Counted from the stretch's first letter, positions 1-10,415 are shown. The stretch: 54,247 nt of DNA from Nitrospirales bacterium (GCA_049289415.1 JBATLR010000031.1:1-54247); one strand, 5' to 3'. Notes: generated by a model not told the origin, from the sequence alone. Numbers and translations are program-made.

Positions 1-285
1 TTTTGTTTCGCCAAAAGTACCTCGGCCACCGGGGCGAACAGATGCATCTATTGTCAATTGGAGTAATTAAGGAAGTGTAACGAAATCTATGGGCTTCGTA
101 TGATTTTGCGGAGCAGAGGGCATGAATTCAAACAGTGCATCTTCTCCGTCCAGAACCCTCAAGGATACTTAATCCTATGTGTTCGTTTTTCACTGATTGG
201 AACAACTAATGATGATTGGTCCTTTTCAACGATTCCATAAGAATATTACACTGCTTCTGATTTGACGCTCCGCACCATTACCCGG

Positions 286-783
286 ATGAATCCCTCCACT
301 CATAATCAGATGAACCCGTTAGCTGATCATTGGCGGAGACCATGGATTATCGAATGGACCCTATACCTGTTGGATAGTTATGCCTATTGGTTGAAAAAAG
401 AACTGATTCCCCGTCAGGGTACTGCGCTGGAACAGGCGGAACACTTGTTTACCTGCCCGTTTGTGGTCGTCTCTCACGGATTGGAGGATGACCCTATCCT
501 CAATTATGGAAACCGGACCGCGTTAACCCTGTGGGAAATGGATTGGGACCAACTGACTCAAACGCCCTCCCGGCAAACGGCCGAACCTGTGAATCGTGAA
601 GAACGGGCCCGCATGCTGCATCAGGCTAAAACCAAGGGGTTCATTGCCGATTATCGCGGAGTCCGGATCTCCCGATCCGGAAAACGATTTTTAGTGGAAC
701 GCGCCACGGTGTGGAACATTCGCAAACCGGACGGGACTCCGCTCGGACAGGCGGCCACCTTTTCAACCTGGACGTTCATATAG
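286..783 (+). CDS. MEKHLA domain (PAS-like) protein
   Basis: Motifs PFVVVSHG-x3-DPILNYGN, TPSRQTAEP and GVRISRSGKRF are typical of standalone bacterial MEKHLA proteins. The start is uncertain (TTG 262, ATG 286 or ATG 310). Confidence 0.85.
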   Translation: MNPSTHNQMNPLADHWRRPWIIEWTLYLLDSYAYWLKKELIPRQGTALEQAEHLFTCPFVVVSHGLEDDPILNYGNRTALTLWEMDWDQLTQTPSRQTAEPVNREERARMLHQAKTKGFIADYRGVRISRSGKRFLVERATVWNIRKPDGTPLGQAATFSTWTFI

Positions 784-947
784 GTCGTCGAACGTCTCCT
801 CCTTACCGCCTATCCGACCTTTTCTCTGTGATAGGGATCTGCAAAGAGAGGCTGTCCAGGCTCTCGCTTGCCCTGAGGATTTTACCTGGGCTATGGTGCC
901 GTGGGGTTGATAATTGACGCTTCAACCATTTTCATGGGGAACGTAAC

Positions 948-2009
948 ATGATTTTAGCGGCTGACATCGGTGGAACAAAAATCAATCTGGCCTTGTTTGA
1001 TTGGAACAAGGAACGGGTAGACCCTATTCGGGAGGATACGGTTTGGACCGCTGATTACGAGTCTTTCGAAGAAGTGTTGACGGAATTTCTCGAAGAACCG
1101 ACTTCTGCCGATTCCGAATCGGAAGAAGCCCCGGACGACAGCGAGACCCTTTCGTCCGAATCCACTCCCCCTTCTTCACTGGGCCCCCTGACCGCCGCCT
1201 GTTTTGGAGTGCCGGGACCAGTCTTGAACAATACCTGCCGAGCCACAAATATTCCGTGGATAATCGAAGGAGACAAACTCGCGGAGTTTCTGAATATTCC
1301 ACATGTCCGTTTGTTAAACGATTTGGAGGCCACTGCCTATGGGCTACGGCTCCTTCAACCGGATGAGATCGAGGATCTCAACCCCAACGCCCCCGCTCCC
1401 CCACCTGATGGCACACGGGTATTATTGGCCGCTGGAACAGGGCTGGGAGAATCGCTGCTCCTCTGGACGGGGGAGGACTACCACATCTGTCCATCCGAGG
1501 GGGGACATGCGGATTTCGCACCCAATAACGATTTGGAAATCGATCTGTTGCGATATTTGCGAACCAGCTTTTTACATGTGAGTTACGAACGGGTTCTTTC
1601 CGGCCCCGGTCTCCACAGCATTTATCAATTTCTCCGGGACACCAAGAAAAACGAGCCCACCTGGTTTGCCGAAAAGCTCCCAACCGGTGATCCGGCAGCA
1701 TTGATTACGGAAGCCGGGCTGACAGGGAAACCAGAAATTTGTAAAGAAGCCCTGCAGCTCTTCGTCTCTATTTACGGAGCCGAAGCCGGCAATATGGCCC
1801 TCAAGACCTTGGCCATGGGTGGCGTCTATCTTGGTGGGGGCATAGCCCCAAAAATCATATCCGCGTTACGGGAAGACACATTCATGAAAGCTTTTCTGGC
1901 AAAGGGCCGCTACAAACGGTTATTGGCCAAGATTCCCGTTCGGGTGATTTTGAATCCCCATACTGCATTGCTCGGGGCGGCCTCCGTCGCTGCAGGCATG
2001 GCTGGCTAA
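948..2009 (+). CDS. glk: Glucokinase
   Basis: Motifs ADIGGTK, LLNDLEATAYG, GTGLGE, SEGGH, ERVLSGPG and GGVYLGGGIAPK. Confidence 0.95.
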   Translation: MILAADIGGTKINLALFDWNKERVDPIREDTVWTADYESFEEVLTEFLEEPTSADSESEEAPDDSETLSSESTPPSSLGPLTAACFGVPGPVLNNTCRATNIPWIIEGDKLAEFLNIPHVRLLNDLEATAYGLRLLQPDEIEDLNPNAPAPPPDGTRVLLAAGTGLGESLLLWTGEDYHICPSEGGHADFAPNNDLEIDLLRYLRTSFLHVSYERVLSGPGLHSIYQFLRDTKKNEPTWFAEKLPTGDPAALITEAGLTGKPEICKEALQLFVSIYGAEAGNMALKTLAMGGVYLGGGIAPKIISALREDTFMKAFLAKGRYKRLLAKIPVRVILNPHTALLGAASVAAGMAG

Positions 2010-2242
2010 CACCATGAAAGCAAAGCATACCCTGGGTATTTCTCAGGACTCAGGCCCCACATCCTCCCTTCGATGTCATGCTGACAGACCTTTGCCTCTG
2101 TTTTTTTTACCCTCGTCCCTGCCGTTTTGCCCGATAACACTCACAGAGAACCAGGCTTTGAGAAAGAATGTCTGCTAGTTTCGATAACACCAACGCCTCC
2201 GGCCGTTTGCCATGGAATAATTCCCGTGCGTGAGACTCTTCT

Positions 2243-2944
2243 ATGCCCTCCCCATCGACACCATTGACACCCGATCAGCAAAAAGCCCAGGCCGCCCGCA
2301 AAGCCCTTGAATTTATACAAGATGGCCAGATCCTAGGACTCGGCACCGGTTCCACGGTCCATTATTTTTTGACGGCCTTAGGCCAGCTCGTCCAACAGGG
2401 ATTACGGGTCCGTGGCGTGCCGACCTCACAAGCCACAGCGGTCTATGCCAGACAATTGGGCATTCCTTTACTGAACAATGATGACCCCTGGGACATTGAT
2501 GTGGCCGTAGATGGCGCCGATCAGGTCGACCCCCAACTGAATCTGATTAAAGGAGGAGGGGGAGCGTTAATGCGGGAAAAAATTGTGGCGAAAGCCGCTC
2601 AGCAATTCATTGTTATTGTGGATCAGGCCAAACAGGTGGACCGTCTTGGGCTTCCTTTCCCCTTACCCGTTGAAATCGTGCCATTCGGTTGGCGAACGAC
2701 ACAACGACATCTTGAGAATCTGGGTTGGCCTTCCCCGTTGCGCCATAGAGCCGGCCAGCCTTTTCTCACAGACAATGGAAATTATGTGGCGGATCTCCAT
2801 ATTCCTGAAATTACCGACCCCTCCGCGTTCGAATTGTCCCTGAATCAAATTCCGGGCGTGGTTGCATGCGGACTCTTCCTGATGATGACATCCCTATTGA
2901 TTACCGGCACAAATGATGGTCCCGTGCTCACCCGCGCATCTTGA
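2243..2944 (+). CDS. rpiA: Ribose-5-phosphate isomerase A
   Basis: Motifs GLGTGST, DGADQVD and LIKGGGGALMREK. Confidence 0.96.
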   Translation: MPSPSTPLTPDQQKAQAARKALEFIQDGQILGLGTGSTVHYFLTALGQLVQQGLRVRGVPTSQATAVYARQLGIPLLNNDDPWDIDVAVDGADQVDPQLNLIKGGGGALMREKIVAKAAQQFIVIVDQAKQVDRLGLPFPLPVEIVPFGWRTTQRHLENLGWPSPLRHRAGQPFLTDNGNYVADLHIPEITDPSAFELSLNQIPGVVACGLFLMMTSLLITGTNDGPVLTRAS

Positions 2945-3124
2945 GTCATGCGTCTTCTCTGGTAGAATTAAGCGAGGATTGTTTGCCGTTGCATGCTACC
3001 GCCCTGACATTCGAAGTTGATAAAATGGGGAACATGGATAAGGATCAAGAAATCAGGGGTCTGATAACAGGACTCCCCTAACCGATAGAGGAAGAAGGTA
3101 CCCTGCATGAGGAGACGATAGCCA

Positions 3125-4663
3125 TTGCGAACATCCTCTTTAAAAAACAGACACCATTTCTGGAGGGTTGCAATCGCGGTGGGCCTCCTGGGATTCCCCC
3201 ATATTCAATGCTCTCAGGCACCATCCTCTCCCCCTTCCGAGACTGCCCCTGCCATCACCGCAGCCCCCATGGAGACCGAGCTGCCCCTACCAGTCGTCCA
3301 TGCAGCTGATTCGCCCGCCGTAGTTAACGTCTCGACCCCCCTTCTGGCTTCTAACGAAACCTTTGTCAAAATCGCCAAGGAGGCCATGGCCTCGGTCGTG
3401 AATATTTCCGCAACTAAACGCACCGTTCAAGCTCCCGGCACAAATCCCCTGCTTGAAGATCCATTTTTCCGGAGGTTTTTTGGAGAGGAATTTGAACGGC
3501 GGTTTAAACAACCCCGCGAGCGGCAGGAGCAAGGGTTAGGGTCTGGAGTGATTGTCAGCGAGGACGGATACATCGTCACCAATAACCACGTGGTAGAACA
3601 GGCCGATGACTTGATGGTCCTCCTGGGAGATAAACGGAAACTTCCGGCGACACTTATTGGCACGGATCCCAAAACCGATTTAGCGGTGATCAAGATTGAA
3701 GCCACCGGATTATCCACCCTACCCTGGGGAAATTCTACGACACTGGAAGTTGGAGAATTGGTGCTGGCGGTCGGCAACCCCTTTGGATTGAACCAAACGG
3801 TCACGATGGGGATTATCAGCGCTGTGGGCCGTGCCAATGTCGGCATTGTCGATTATGAAAATTTCATTCAAACCGATGCCGCCATTAATCCAGGCAATTC
3901 CGGAGGCGCTCTCGTCAATCTAAAAGGCCAACTCATCGGCATTAATACCGCCATTTTCTCCAGAACGGGTGGCTACATGGGCATTGGCTTTGCCATCCCC
4001 AGCCAAATGGTAAAAAGCGTGATGCAAAGCCTGATTGGGCACGGCAAAGTCATTCGTGGGTGGCTGGGCGTATCGATTCAGGAATTGTCCCCGGACCTCG
4101 CGACCCAATTTGAGGTGCCTGATACCCAGGGCGCACTGGTGGGAGATGTCTTTAGCGAAAGCCCGGCGGGGCAGGCCGGTTTAAAACGTGGTGATATTAT
4201 CCGCACCTACAATGGTGTCACGGTGAAGGATCCGAACCATTTGCGCACGCTGGTGGCCGAAACGACACCGAAGAGTTCGATTCCTCTTGCGGTGTGGCGA
4301 AACGGCAAAATTGTCAATCTTTCGGTTTCCATCACTGAAATGCCTAAAGATACGGCTGCATTGACGGAAATGGCTCCTAGTTCGGTCTCAGGTAACCACG
4401 CTCTCTCAGGGCTTTCAGTAGAACCCGTCCAACCCGGACAAACACGCGATGGCCAGGGGGTGGTGGTGACCCAAATCTCACCGAACTCTCCGGCTGAACG
4501 GGCAGGCGTTCAACCGGGTGATGTAATACTGGAACTGAATCGCTCTCCCATTGGATCCGTGAAGGATTTCGAACACCTTGTGAAGCGACTGGAAGCTGGA
4601 GCCTCCGTTTTAGTGCTCTTGCAGCGCGGAAAGGGCGCCATTTTCCTGACCATCAATCCATAA
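3125..4663 (+). CDS. HtrA/DegP/DegQ-family periplasmic serine protease with two PDZ domains
   Basis: Catalytic motifs TNNHVV, DLAVIKI and GNSGGAL, two PDZ-like C-terminal domains, and an N-terminal signal-like segment. Confidence 0.95.
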   Translation: MRTSSLKNRHHFWRVAIAVGLLGFPHIQCSQAPSSPPSETAPAITAAPMETELPLPVVHAADSPAVVNVSTPLLASNETFVKIAKEAMASVVNISATKRTVQAPGTNPLLEDPFFRRFFGEEFERRFKQPRERQEQGLGSGVIVSEDGYIVTNNHVVEQADDLMVLLGDKRKLPATLIGTDPKTDLAVIKIEATGLSTLPWGNSTTLEVGELVLAVGNPFGLNQTVTMGIISAVGRANVGIVDYENFIQTDAAINPGNSGGALVNLKGQLIGINTAIFSRTGGYMGIGFAIPSQMVKSVMQSLIGHGKVIRGWLGVSIQELSPDLATQFEVPDTQGALVGDVFSESPAGQAGLKRGDIIRTYNGVTVKDPNHLRTLVAETTPKSSIPLAVWRNGKIVNLSVSITEMPKDTAALTEMAPSSVSGNHALSGLSVEPVQPGQTRDGQGVVVTQISPNSPAERAGVQPGDVILELNRSPIGSVKDFEHLVKRLEAGASVLVLLQRGKGAIFLTINP

Positions 4664-4719
4664 TGATTGGACCAGAGCCTCTCCCTCGCCAGACCTGACA
4701 CCTTGAGAGCCGAACAACT

Positions 4720-5124
4720 ATGACACCACCTTGTTCATCCAGAACATTCCTTCAAATAAGCCAACTCCTCTGCTTCTTGGTTTTTCTCCTATCCCCTGTT
4801 TCCACGCAACCAATTCTGTGGGCCTCTTCTCCGCAGATTGCCATCCAAGCTGAACCGCCATTTTTTTCTCCGAACCACCTGAAGATCCGCCTGAATACCG
4901 CCCTCACGTGGAAAAATCAAACTCGAGAAGCCCATTCCATCGTGGCAGACGACTGTCAGTCCCGCTCCCAGTGCTCATTTGACTCAGGCGTCATTCGTCC
5001 CGACCATCAGTTTGTCCTAACCCGGTTAGCCCCCGGGCAGTACCCTTACCATTGTGGACTTCACCCCTTCATGCGGGGCCTGTTAACTATCCATACTCCG
5101 CACTCCCCGTCCTCTGATATCTGA
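4720..5124 (+). CDS. Exported type-1 copper protein (cupredoxin, plastocyanin/amicyanin-like)
   Basis: Signal peptide, His in EAHSIV, and the C-x2-H-x2-M ligand loop YHCGLHPFMRG. Confidence 0.85.
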   Translation: MTPPCSSRTFLQISQLLCFLVFLLSPVSTQPILWASSPQIAIQAEPPFFSPNHLKIRLNTALTWKNQTREAHSIVADDCQSRSQCSFDSGVIRPDHQFVLTRLAPGQYPYHCGLHPFMRGLLTIHTPHSPSSDI

Positions 5125-5305
5125 TTCAAAAGCCATATTTTTGTTGTTGCGACTTTCCTCCCTTGTCAACACAGGTGATTGTACGTCTGTGATCCCAGTC
5201 ATCTGCCCTTTTTTCGTTGCATGCCATAAGTCCCTAATGGTACATTTCTGACATGCCTGGTGAGGGCAAAGAGTACGAATTTCAATTGATAAACAGACAC
5301 AGACT

Positions 5306-5383
5306 GGTCCCATCGTCTAGGCTGGTCTAGGACGGCACCCTCTCAAGGTGCAGACACGGGTTCAAATCCCGTTGGGATCACCA
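5306..5383 (+). tRNA. tRNA-Glu (anticodon CTC)
   Basis: Acceptor stem GGTCCCA/TGGGATC, anticodon arm GCACC-CT-CTC-AA-GGTGC, T arm ACGGG-TTCAAAT-CCCGT, and an encoded 3' CCA. Confidence 0.97.
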
Positions 5384-5498
5384 ATCGCTATTAGGAGCTG
5401 ATGTTCGCCCCTTCCTAATTGCTCGCACCCGCTCCCGTTAGAATCAGACTCCTCGTACTCCCGTCTGGTTATTTCTTTCATCTATGCCGTAAGGATCT

Positions 5499-6596
5499 GT
5501 GATGACTACGAGAACTTTTCACGATGGCGAAAGCGACGGCCTGGAAGCCCTGGAGGCTCTGGATCCGGAAACGATTGAATCTTTTTCCGACCTTCTCTCG
5601 GCCATGAAAAAGACCGCCTTTGGCGGGCGACGTCTGGGCGATGCCTTTGAGATTTTGAACAAAATGGTCGAGGATCCCGATTGTACGGTGATCTTAACCT
5701 TGTCTGGGGCCATGACCATCGCGAAAATGGGAAAGATTATCTGCAGCATGATCGACCGAAACATGGTGCAGGCAGTGGTCTCCACGGGGGCTTTGATTGC
5801 CCATGGCTTGAGTGAAGCCGTAGGCAAAACACACTATAAATATCACCCATCCATGACGGATACCGAGCTGTATGAAAAGGGCTATAACCGCGTGTACGAC
5901 ACGCTGGAGATGGAATCCAATCTCAACCACGTCGAACGGGTCGTCAGCCAAACCTTAAAGCGTATGACCCCTGACACACCCATCTCCTCTGAAATTCTGA
6001 CTCGCGAAATCGGGAAAACTCTCCACGACCATTACGAAGGACCAGGGATATTGAAAAGCGCCTATGAGCAGGGCGTCCCAGTCTATATTCCTGCATTTAC
6101 CGATTCTGAAATGGGGCTGGATGTTTCCATTTGGGCCATGAAGGAGAGACGACAATCTCAAGGCACACCTCAATCCCCTGATCTCTCCGATCAGGAAACC
6201 TGGCAGGCCTTGCAGCAATCTCGTCCGGCATTTAATCCGTTTTTAGATCTCAATAGTTATACGGAAAAACTTCTGTCTGCCAAACGATTGGGGATTTTCA
6301 CCATCGGAGGCGGAGTTCCCCGTAATTGGGCACAACAAACGCCACCCTATATCGATATTCTCAACCTCCGGATGGGTACACAATTAACCCCTCCGCGGTA
6401 TCAGTACGGTGTCCGAATCTGCCCGGAGCCTGACTATTGGGGTGGTCTCAGCGGATGCACGTATGAGGAGGGTGTATCATGGGGAAAATTTGTGCCTCGA
6501 AAAGAGGGGGGAATGTTTGCTGAAGTGTTGAGTGATGCCACAGTGGTTTGGCCTCTTCTCATGATGGGGCTCCTGGAAAAAGCCCGTCGCCGATAA
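5499..6596 (+). CDS. Deoxyhypusine synthase-like protein (probable homospermidine-pathway enzyme)
   Basis: Motifs LSGAM, GYNRVYD, PAFTDSEMG, IGGGVPRNW, GGLSG and EGVSWGK (catalytic Lys retained). Confidence 0.9.
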   Translation: MMTTRTFHDGESDGLEALEALDPETIESFSDLLSAMKKTAFGGRRLGDAFEILNKMVEDPDCTVILTLSGAMTIAKMGKIICSMIDRNMVQAVVSTGALIAHGLSEAVGKTHYKYHPSMTDTELYEKGYNRVYDTLEMESNLNHVERVVSQTLKRMTPDTPISSEILTREIGKTLHDHYEGPGILKSAYEQGVPVYIPAFTDSEMGLDVSIWAMKERRQSQGTPQSPDLSDQETWQALQQSRPAFNPFLDLNSYTEKLLSAKRLGIFTIGGGVPRNWAQQTPPYIDILNLRMGTQLTPPRYQYGVRICPEPDYWGGLSGCTYEEGVSWGKFVPRKEGGMFAEVLSDATVVWPLLMMGLLEKARRR

Positions 6597-6682
6597 ATTC
6601 AACCCCTGGGCACGACCAACCTCTTCTCTCGACACGGTCCGCCAGGAATGCAACAATGATAGCCCATAGCCATGGAGTGATG

Positions 6683-7384
6683 ATGAACATTGCCCGATCC
6701 CTCAAATCGACCGTATTGCTCGCCATCCTTCTTGGCACTCTGCTCATAAGTCCCACGATTCATGGGAAAACTCCTGACTTTTTGATCCAGGACGATGATG
6801 TGGTGCGAGGGGATCCCAAGGCTCCCATCACCCTGTTGGAATACTCGGACTTCACGTGTGGCTTTTGCGAAAAGTTTTTTCATGAGACCTTTCCTAAATT
6901 GCTTTCGGAGTACATTGAGACCGGAAAAGTGCGTTTTGTCTATCGGGATTTCCCGAGAGGCATGGGCAGTCCACTTCGAGCAGCCGATGCCGCTCGATGC
7001 GCAGGAGAGCAAAACGCCTACTGGCCCATGCATGATCGGCTCTTTAACAGTGAAGGCCAGTTGGCTCCGGATAATCTCAAACAATATGCGAAGGAACTCA
7101 ACCTCCACGGAGAACAATTTTCAGAATGCCTGGCTTCCCATCGCTATATGAAAGATATTGAGAAAGATTTACAGGATGCGGGTTCCCTGGGAATTCGGGG
7201 CACGCCGGCATTCGTCCTCTTTCCTACAACCCTGCCAGAAGATCCTCATCTTATTTTAATTCCCGGCGCCTTTCCCTATGAGACGTTCAAGGAAGAAATT
7301 GATAAATTGCTCAAGCTTCATGGAGGCTCAACTTCTTCACTGTCTTTGCCAGTACCGTCCTCTACTCACATCAAAGGAGCATAA
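6683..7384 (+). CDS. DsbA-family thiol-disulfide oxidoreductase
   Basis: EYSDFTCGFC CxxC motif, GTP cis-Pro loop and a signal peptide. The start was placed at ATG 6683 after a GGAG Shine-Dalgarno. Confidence 0.9.
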   Translation: MNIARSLKSTVLLAILLGTLLISPTIHGKTPDFLIQDDDVVRGDPKAPITLLEYSDFTCGFCEKFFHETFPKLLSEYIETGKVRFVYRDFPRGMGSPLRAADAARCAGEQNAYWPMHDRLFNSEGQLAPDNLKQYAKELNLHGEQFSECLASHRYMKDIEKDLQDAGSLGIRGTPAFVLFPTTLPEDPHLILIPGAFPYETFKEEIDKLLKLHGGSTSSLSLPVPSSTHIKGA

Positions 7385-7501
7385 ATCCTTCATGCATTCG
7401 CTCTCCACGCAATTCCTCATTGATCTGACAGCGTGATTAGGTGTACATTTGCAGTGGCAATGCTGAAATTCATGTTTTTACCCACAGAATGGTTTTGAGT
7501 C

Positions 7502-7762
7502 ATGACTGAATCCCAATCCTTCTGGCCTGTTGAATGCGCGCAAGGTGAACCTGATTTGTTTGTGTGCTTGACCTGTTTTGATGAAGTATTCAAAGCCAAG
7601 ATGCCGGTCGACGGGTGTCCGAGTTGTGGAGCCATCGCCGCATTCGAACCGTTTAGTTTGGATGCGATCAGGGAATGGGGAACGGAGAATCTCATTCAGA
7701 AAGCTGAGCGGTTGCCTTCTTCATCCCATCCCGGTTCTGACCAGCCAGCTTCATCAATCTAA
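7502..7762 (+). CDS. Small rubredoxin/zinc-ribbon-like protein
   Basis: Two CxxC pairs (CLTC, CPSC). It ends 33 nt before the ALDH gene on the same strand. Confidence 0.7.
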   Translation: MTESQSFWPVECAQGEPDLFVCLTCFDEVFKAKMPVDGCPSCGAIAAFEPFSLDAIREWGTENLIQKAERLPSSSHPGSDQPASSI

Positions 7763-7794
7763 CCACCTCCATTTCACGAGGTTTTCACCTTCTC

Positions 7795-9228
7795 ATGACT
7801 GTGGCCACGGCAAAGCCAATCCTTATAGGCGGCCAATGGGTCCAGACTTCCTCTGCGGAGCCGGTACGTAACCCCTATTCCCATGACGTAGTGGCCATGG
7901 TCTGCCAGGCAGAGCCTGAGCATATCCACCAGGTCACCAACTCTGCCAAACGAGTCTCGAACGAATGTGCCGGGATACCGGCACATGCCAGAGCAAAGGC
8001 GCTCCTGCAGATCGCGGCAGGACTATCCACCAGACGGGAAATGTTTGCGGCCACAATTTGTCAGGAGGCCGGGAAACCGATTACCGATGCACGCCGTGAA
8101 GTCGATCGGGCCATTCAGACCTTTCGTTTGGCCGCAGAGGAAAGCACCCGCATCCCTGGAGAAATCATTCCGATGGATCTCACCCCAGGAGGGGAGGCGT
8201 ACTCGGGATCTGTCCAACGCTTTCCGATCGGGACGGTTCTTGGCATTACCCCATTTAATTTCCCCCTAAACTTGGTGGCCCACAAAGTGGCCCCTTGCCT
8301 GGCAGCGGGAAATCCGATGGTATTGAAACCAGCCCCGCAAACCCCGCTAACTTCGCTCATGTTGGGTGAAGTCTTTTTGACGACAGAACTGCCTCCGGAA
8401 ATGCTGACGATCATCCCGTGTTCCAATACCCTGGCAGAGCAGATGGTGGTTCATCCCAATTTCCAAGCCTTGAGCTTTACCGGCTCTATGACGATCGGGT
8501 GGATGCTGAAAGGAAAGGCCGGATACAAACGGGTTCTGCTCGAACTCGGAGGGAATGCCGGGGTCATCATAGAACCGGATGCCAATCTTGATGTGGCCAT
8601 CGACCGTTGCGTAGCAGGAGGGTACGGATATGCCGGACAAACCTGTATCTCTGTGCAACGAATCTTCGTTCATGAATCGCGGTACGACGACTTCCTCAAG
8701 ACCTTTGTCGAGCGAGTTCGATCTTTGCCCATGGGCGATCCCTCCCTCGAGAACACCGTCGTCGGTCCCCTCATTAACGAACAAGCCGCCCGCCGAGTCG
8801 AGAAATGGATCCAAGAAGCCGTTTCGCATGGGGCAACGGTCATGACCGGCGGGACACGAAAGGATTCATTCATCGAGCCTGCAGTCCTGACTCACGTCAA
8901 CAACAACATGAAGGTCTGTTGTGAAGAAATTTTCGGACCGGTGGTGACCGTCACACCCTATGCAGACCTTGAAGAAGCGTTTGCCCTCCATAATGATTCT
9001 GATTTCGGACTCCAAACAGGAATTTTCACCAGCAACATCGACACCATGTATCAGGCATACTCACGGTTAGAAGTCGGCGCACTCCTGGTGAATGAAATTC
9101 CGACTTTTCGGGCCGATCACATGCCTTATGGAGGAATCAAACAGTCAGGATTAGGGCGAGAAGGGGTACGGTATGCTATTCAGGAACTGACCGAGCCTAA
9201 ATTGTTGCTGGTCAAAAGGCCTTCTTGA
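7795..9228 (+). CDS. NAD(P)-dependent aldehyde dehydrogenase
   Basis: Motifs ITPFNFP, FTGS, LELGGN, GQTCIS, EEIFGP and PYGGIKQSGLGREG. Confidence 0.95.
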   Translation: MTVATAKPILIGGQWVQTSSAEPVRNPYSHDVVAMVCQAEPEHIHQVTNSAKRVSNECAGIPAHARAKALLQIAAGLSTRREMFAATICQEAGKPITDARREVDRAIQTFRLAAEESTRIPGEIIPMDLTPGGEAYSGSVQRFPIGTVLGITPFNFPLNLVAHKVAPCLAAGNPMVLKPAPQTPLTSLMLGEVFLTTELPPEMLTIIPCSNTLAEQMVVHPNFQALSFTGSMTIGWMLKGKAGYKRVLLELGGNAGVIIEPDANLDVAIDRCVAGGYGYAGQTCISVQRIFVHESRYDDFLKTFVERVRSLPMGDPSLENTVVGPLINEQAARRVEKWIQEAVSHGATVMTGGTRKDSFIEPAVLTHVNNNMKVCCEEIFGPVVTVTPYADLEEAFALHNDSDFGLQTGIFTSNIDTMYQAYSRLEVGALLVNEIPTFRADHMPYGGIKQSGLGREGVRYAIQELTEPKLLLVKRPS

Positions 9229-9474
9229 GGCCTCCTTGTTTTTTCTTGAATGTTCAGTCCTCACGATCTTGCACCTTGCCAACCACTCTTGGTAAAAATA
9301 TCGGCATACGTGGCAAGGTTGTTCTTTCCCGTGACCGTCCGAATCGTCCAGGCTTTCCCATATAGAGTTTGCGAAAATAGATTGGAGAGCGAGGTTGTGA
9401 ATCAGATTCGACGATCACCTAGTCATCTCCTGCCTATCCCAATCCACCACTAACTGATTGACGAAGGAGTCGCG

Positions 9475-10065
9475 ATGGTCCCAACACAAATGTTTCTCAC
9501 CCGAGGTGTGGGTGTCCACAAGGAAAAACTGACATCTTTCGAAGAAGCCCTCCGGAGCGCGGGAATTGCGTATTGCAACCTGGTGACCGTCTCATCCATT
9601 TTCCCTCCGGATTGTAAAATCATCCCGAGAAAACGTGGTGAACAGTTACTCAATCCAGGCGAAATTACCTTTTGCGTCATGGCCAGATCGGAAACGAACG
9701 AGCGGAATCGCTTAATTTCTGCCTCAATCGGCTTGGCCATTCCCTCCGGCAGGAAAGTCAATTATGGCTACTTGTCGGAACATCATGCCTATGGAGAAAC
9801 GGACGAAGAGGCGGGAGAATATACCGAGGACCTCGCGGCCCAAATGCTCGCAACCACCCTTGGCATCAAATTCGACCCAAATGTTGCATGGAAGGAACGT
9901 GAGCAGGTATTCAAAATGGGAAGGGATATTGTTCGAACCCAGAACATTACTCAATCTGCTATCGGAAAACCGAATCTCTGGACGACCGTGGTCGCGTGTG
10001 CAGTCTTTATTCCACTTGAAAACATCACTGACGATCCAAAGCCCCGTCAGAAAAAATCAAAATAG
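9475..10065 (+). CDS. pdaD: Pyruvoyl-dependent arginine decarboxylase
   Basis: SFEEALR motif, [10 protein letters not shown] (Ser-Ser self-cleavage site), GYLSEHH and WTTVVAC, with an AAGGAG Shine-Dalgarno. Confidence 0.92.
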   Translation: MVPTQMFLTRGVGVHKEKLTSFEEALRSAGIAYCNLVTVSSIFPPDCKIIPRKRGEQLLNPGEITFCVMARSETNERNRLISASIGLAIPSGRKVNYGYLSEHHAYGETDEEAGEYTEDLAAQMLATTLGIKFDPNVAWKEREQVFKMGRDIVRTQNITQSAIGKPNLWTTVVACAVFIPLENITDDPKPRQKKSK

Positions 10066-10223
10066 GGTCGTGGATTGAGTAAACCATTCTGGTGAATAAT
10101 TGCTTCTCTTTCTCGAGTCTTTAGCAACCTGACAAGACCACATTCGAACATCTTTTTATGCAGTAGGATTACCCCTCCTTTACCACAATCGGTTCTGCAG
10201 GAGCCGCCCTTTTCCCTCACAGT

Positions 10224-10415
10224 GGGACTGTTGAAAAAAGCCGCCAGGGGCGTTCTCGTCATTTTTCCGTGCTCACCTACTGGAAGTACGCTCTGCGCGC
10301 AAAAATGACTGCGGCCTTGCTGGACAAACTTTTTTGAACCCGCCCCGAGGCCTCTGATATGCAACGTGCCTGTGGGTCAATATGCCCTTGGAAATTATTA
10401 TTATTCAACACTCTT
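10224..10415. repeat. MITE/REP-like palindromic intergenic element
   Basis: The core (10224-10345) has imperfect inverted ends GGGACTGTTGAAAAAAG / CTTTTTTGAACCCGCCC and an internal inverted repeat GTCATTTTTCCGTGC / GCGCGCAAAAATGAC. A second possible right end, TTATTCAACACTCT, lies at 10401-10414. There is no transposase. Confidence 0.65.

Noticed and set aside
1..48. TTTTGTTTCGCCAAAAGTACC... as a possible remnant of an intergenic repeat
   Set aside because: It is cut by the window edge and has no second copy here, so it cannot be supported.
5306..5383. tRNA-Glu as an integration site for a genomic island
   Set aside because: There is no integrase nearby and I saw no duplicate of the tRNA 3' end in the window.
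9250..9453. 67-aa ORF and the ACCTTGCCA / TGGCAAGGT inverted repeat upstream of pdaD
   Set aside because: The ORF lacks a Shine-Dalgarno and any motif. A single 9-bp inverted repeat is too little to call a regulatory RNA or operator.
10047..10364. 105-aa minus-strand ORF
   Set aside because: It reads through the palindromic repeat element and has no protein-like features.
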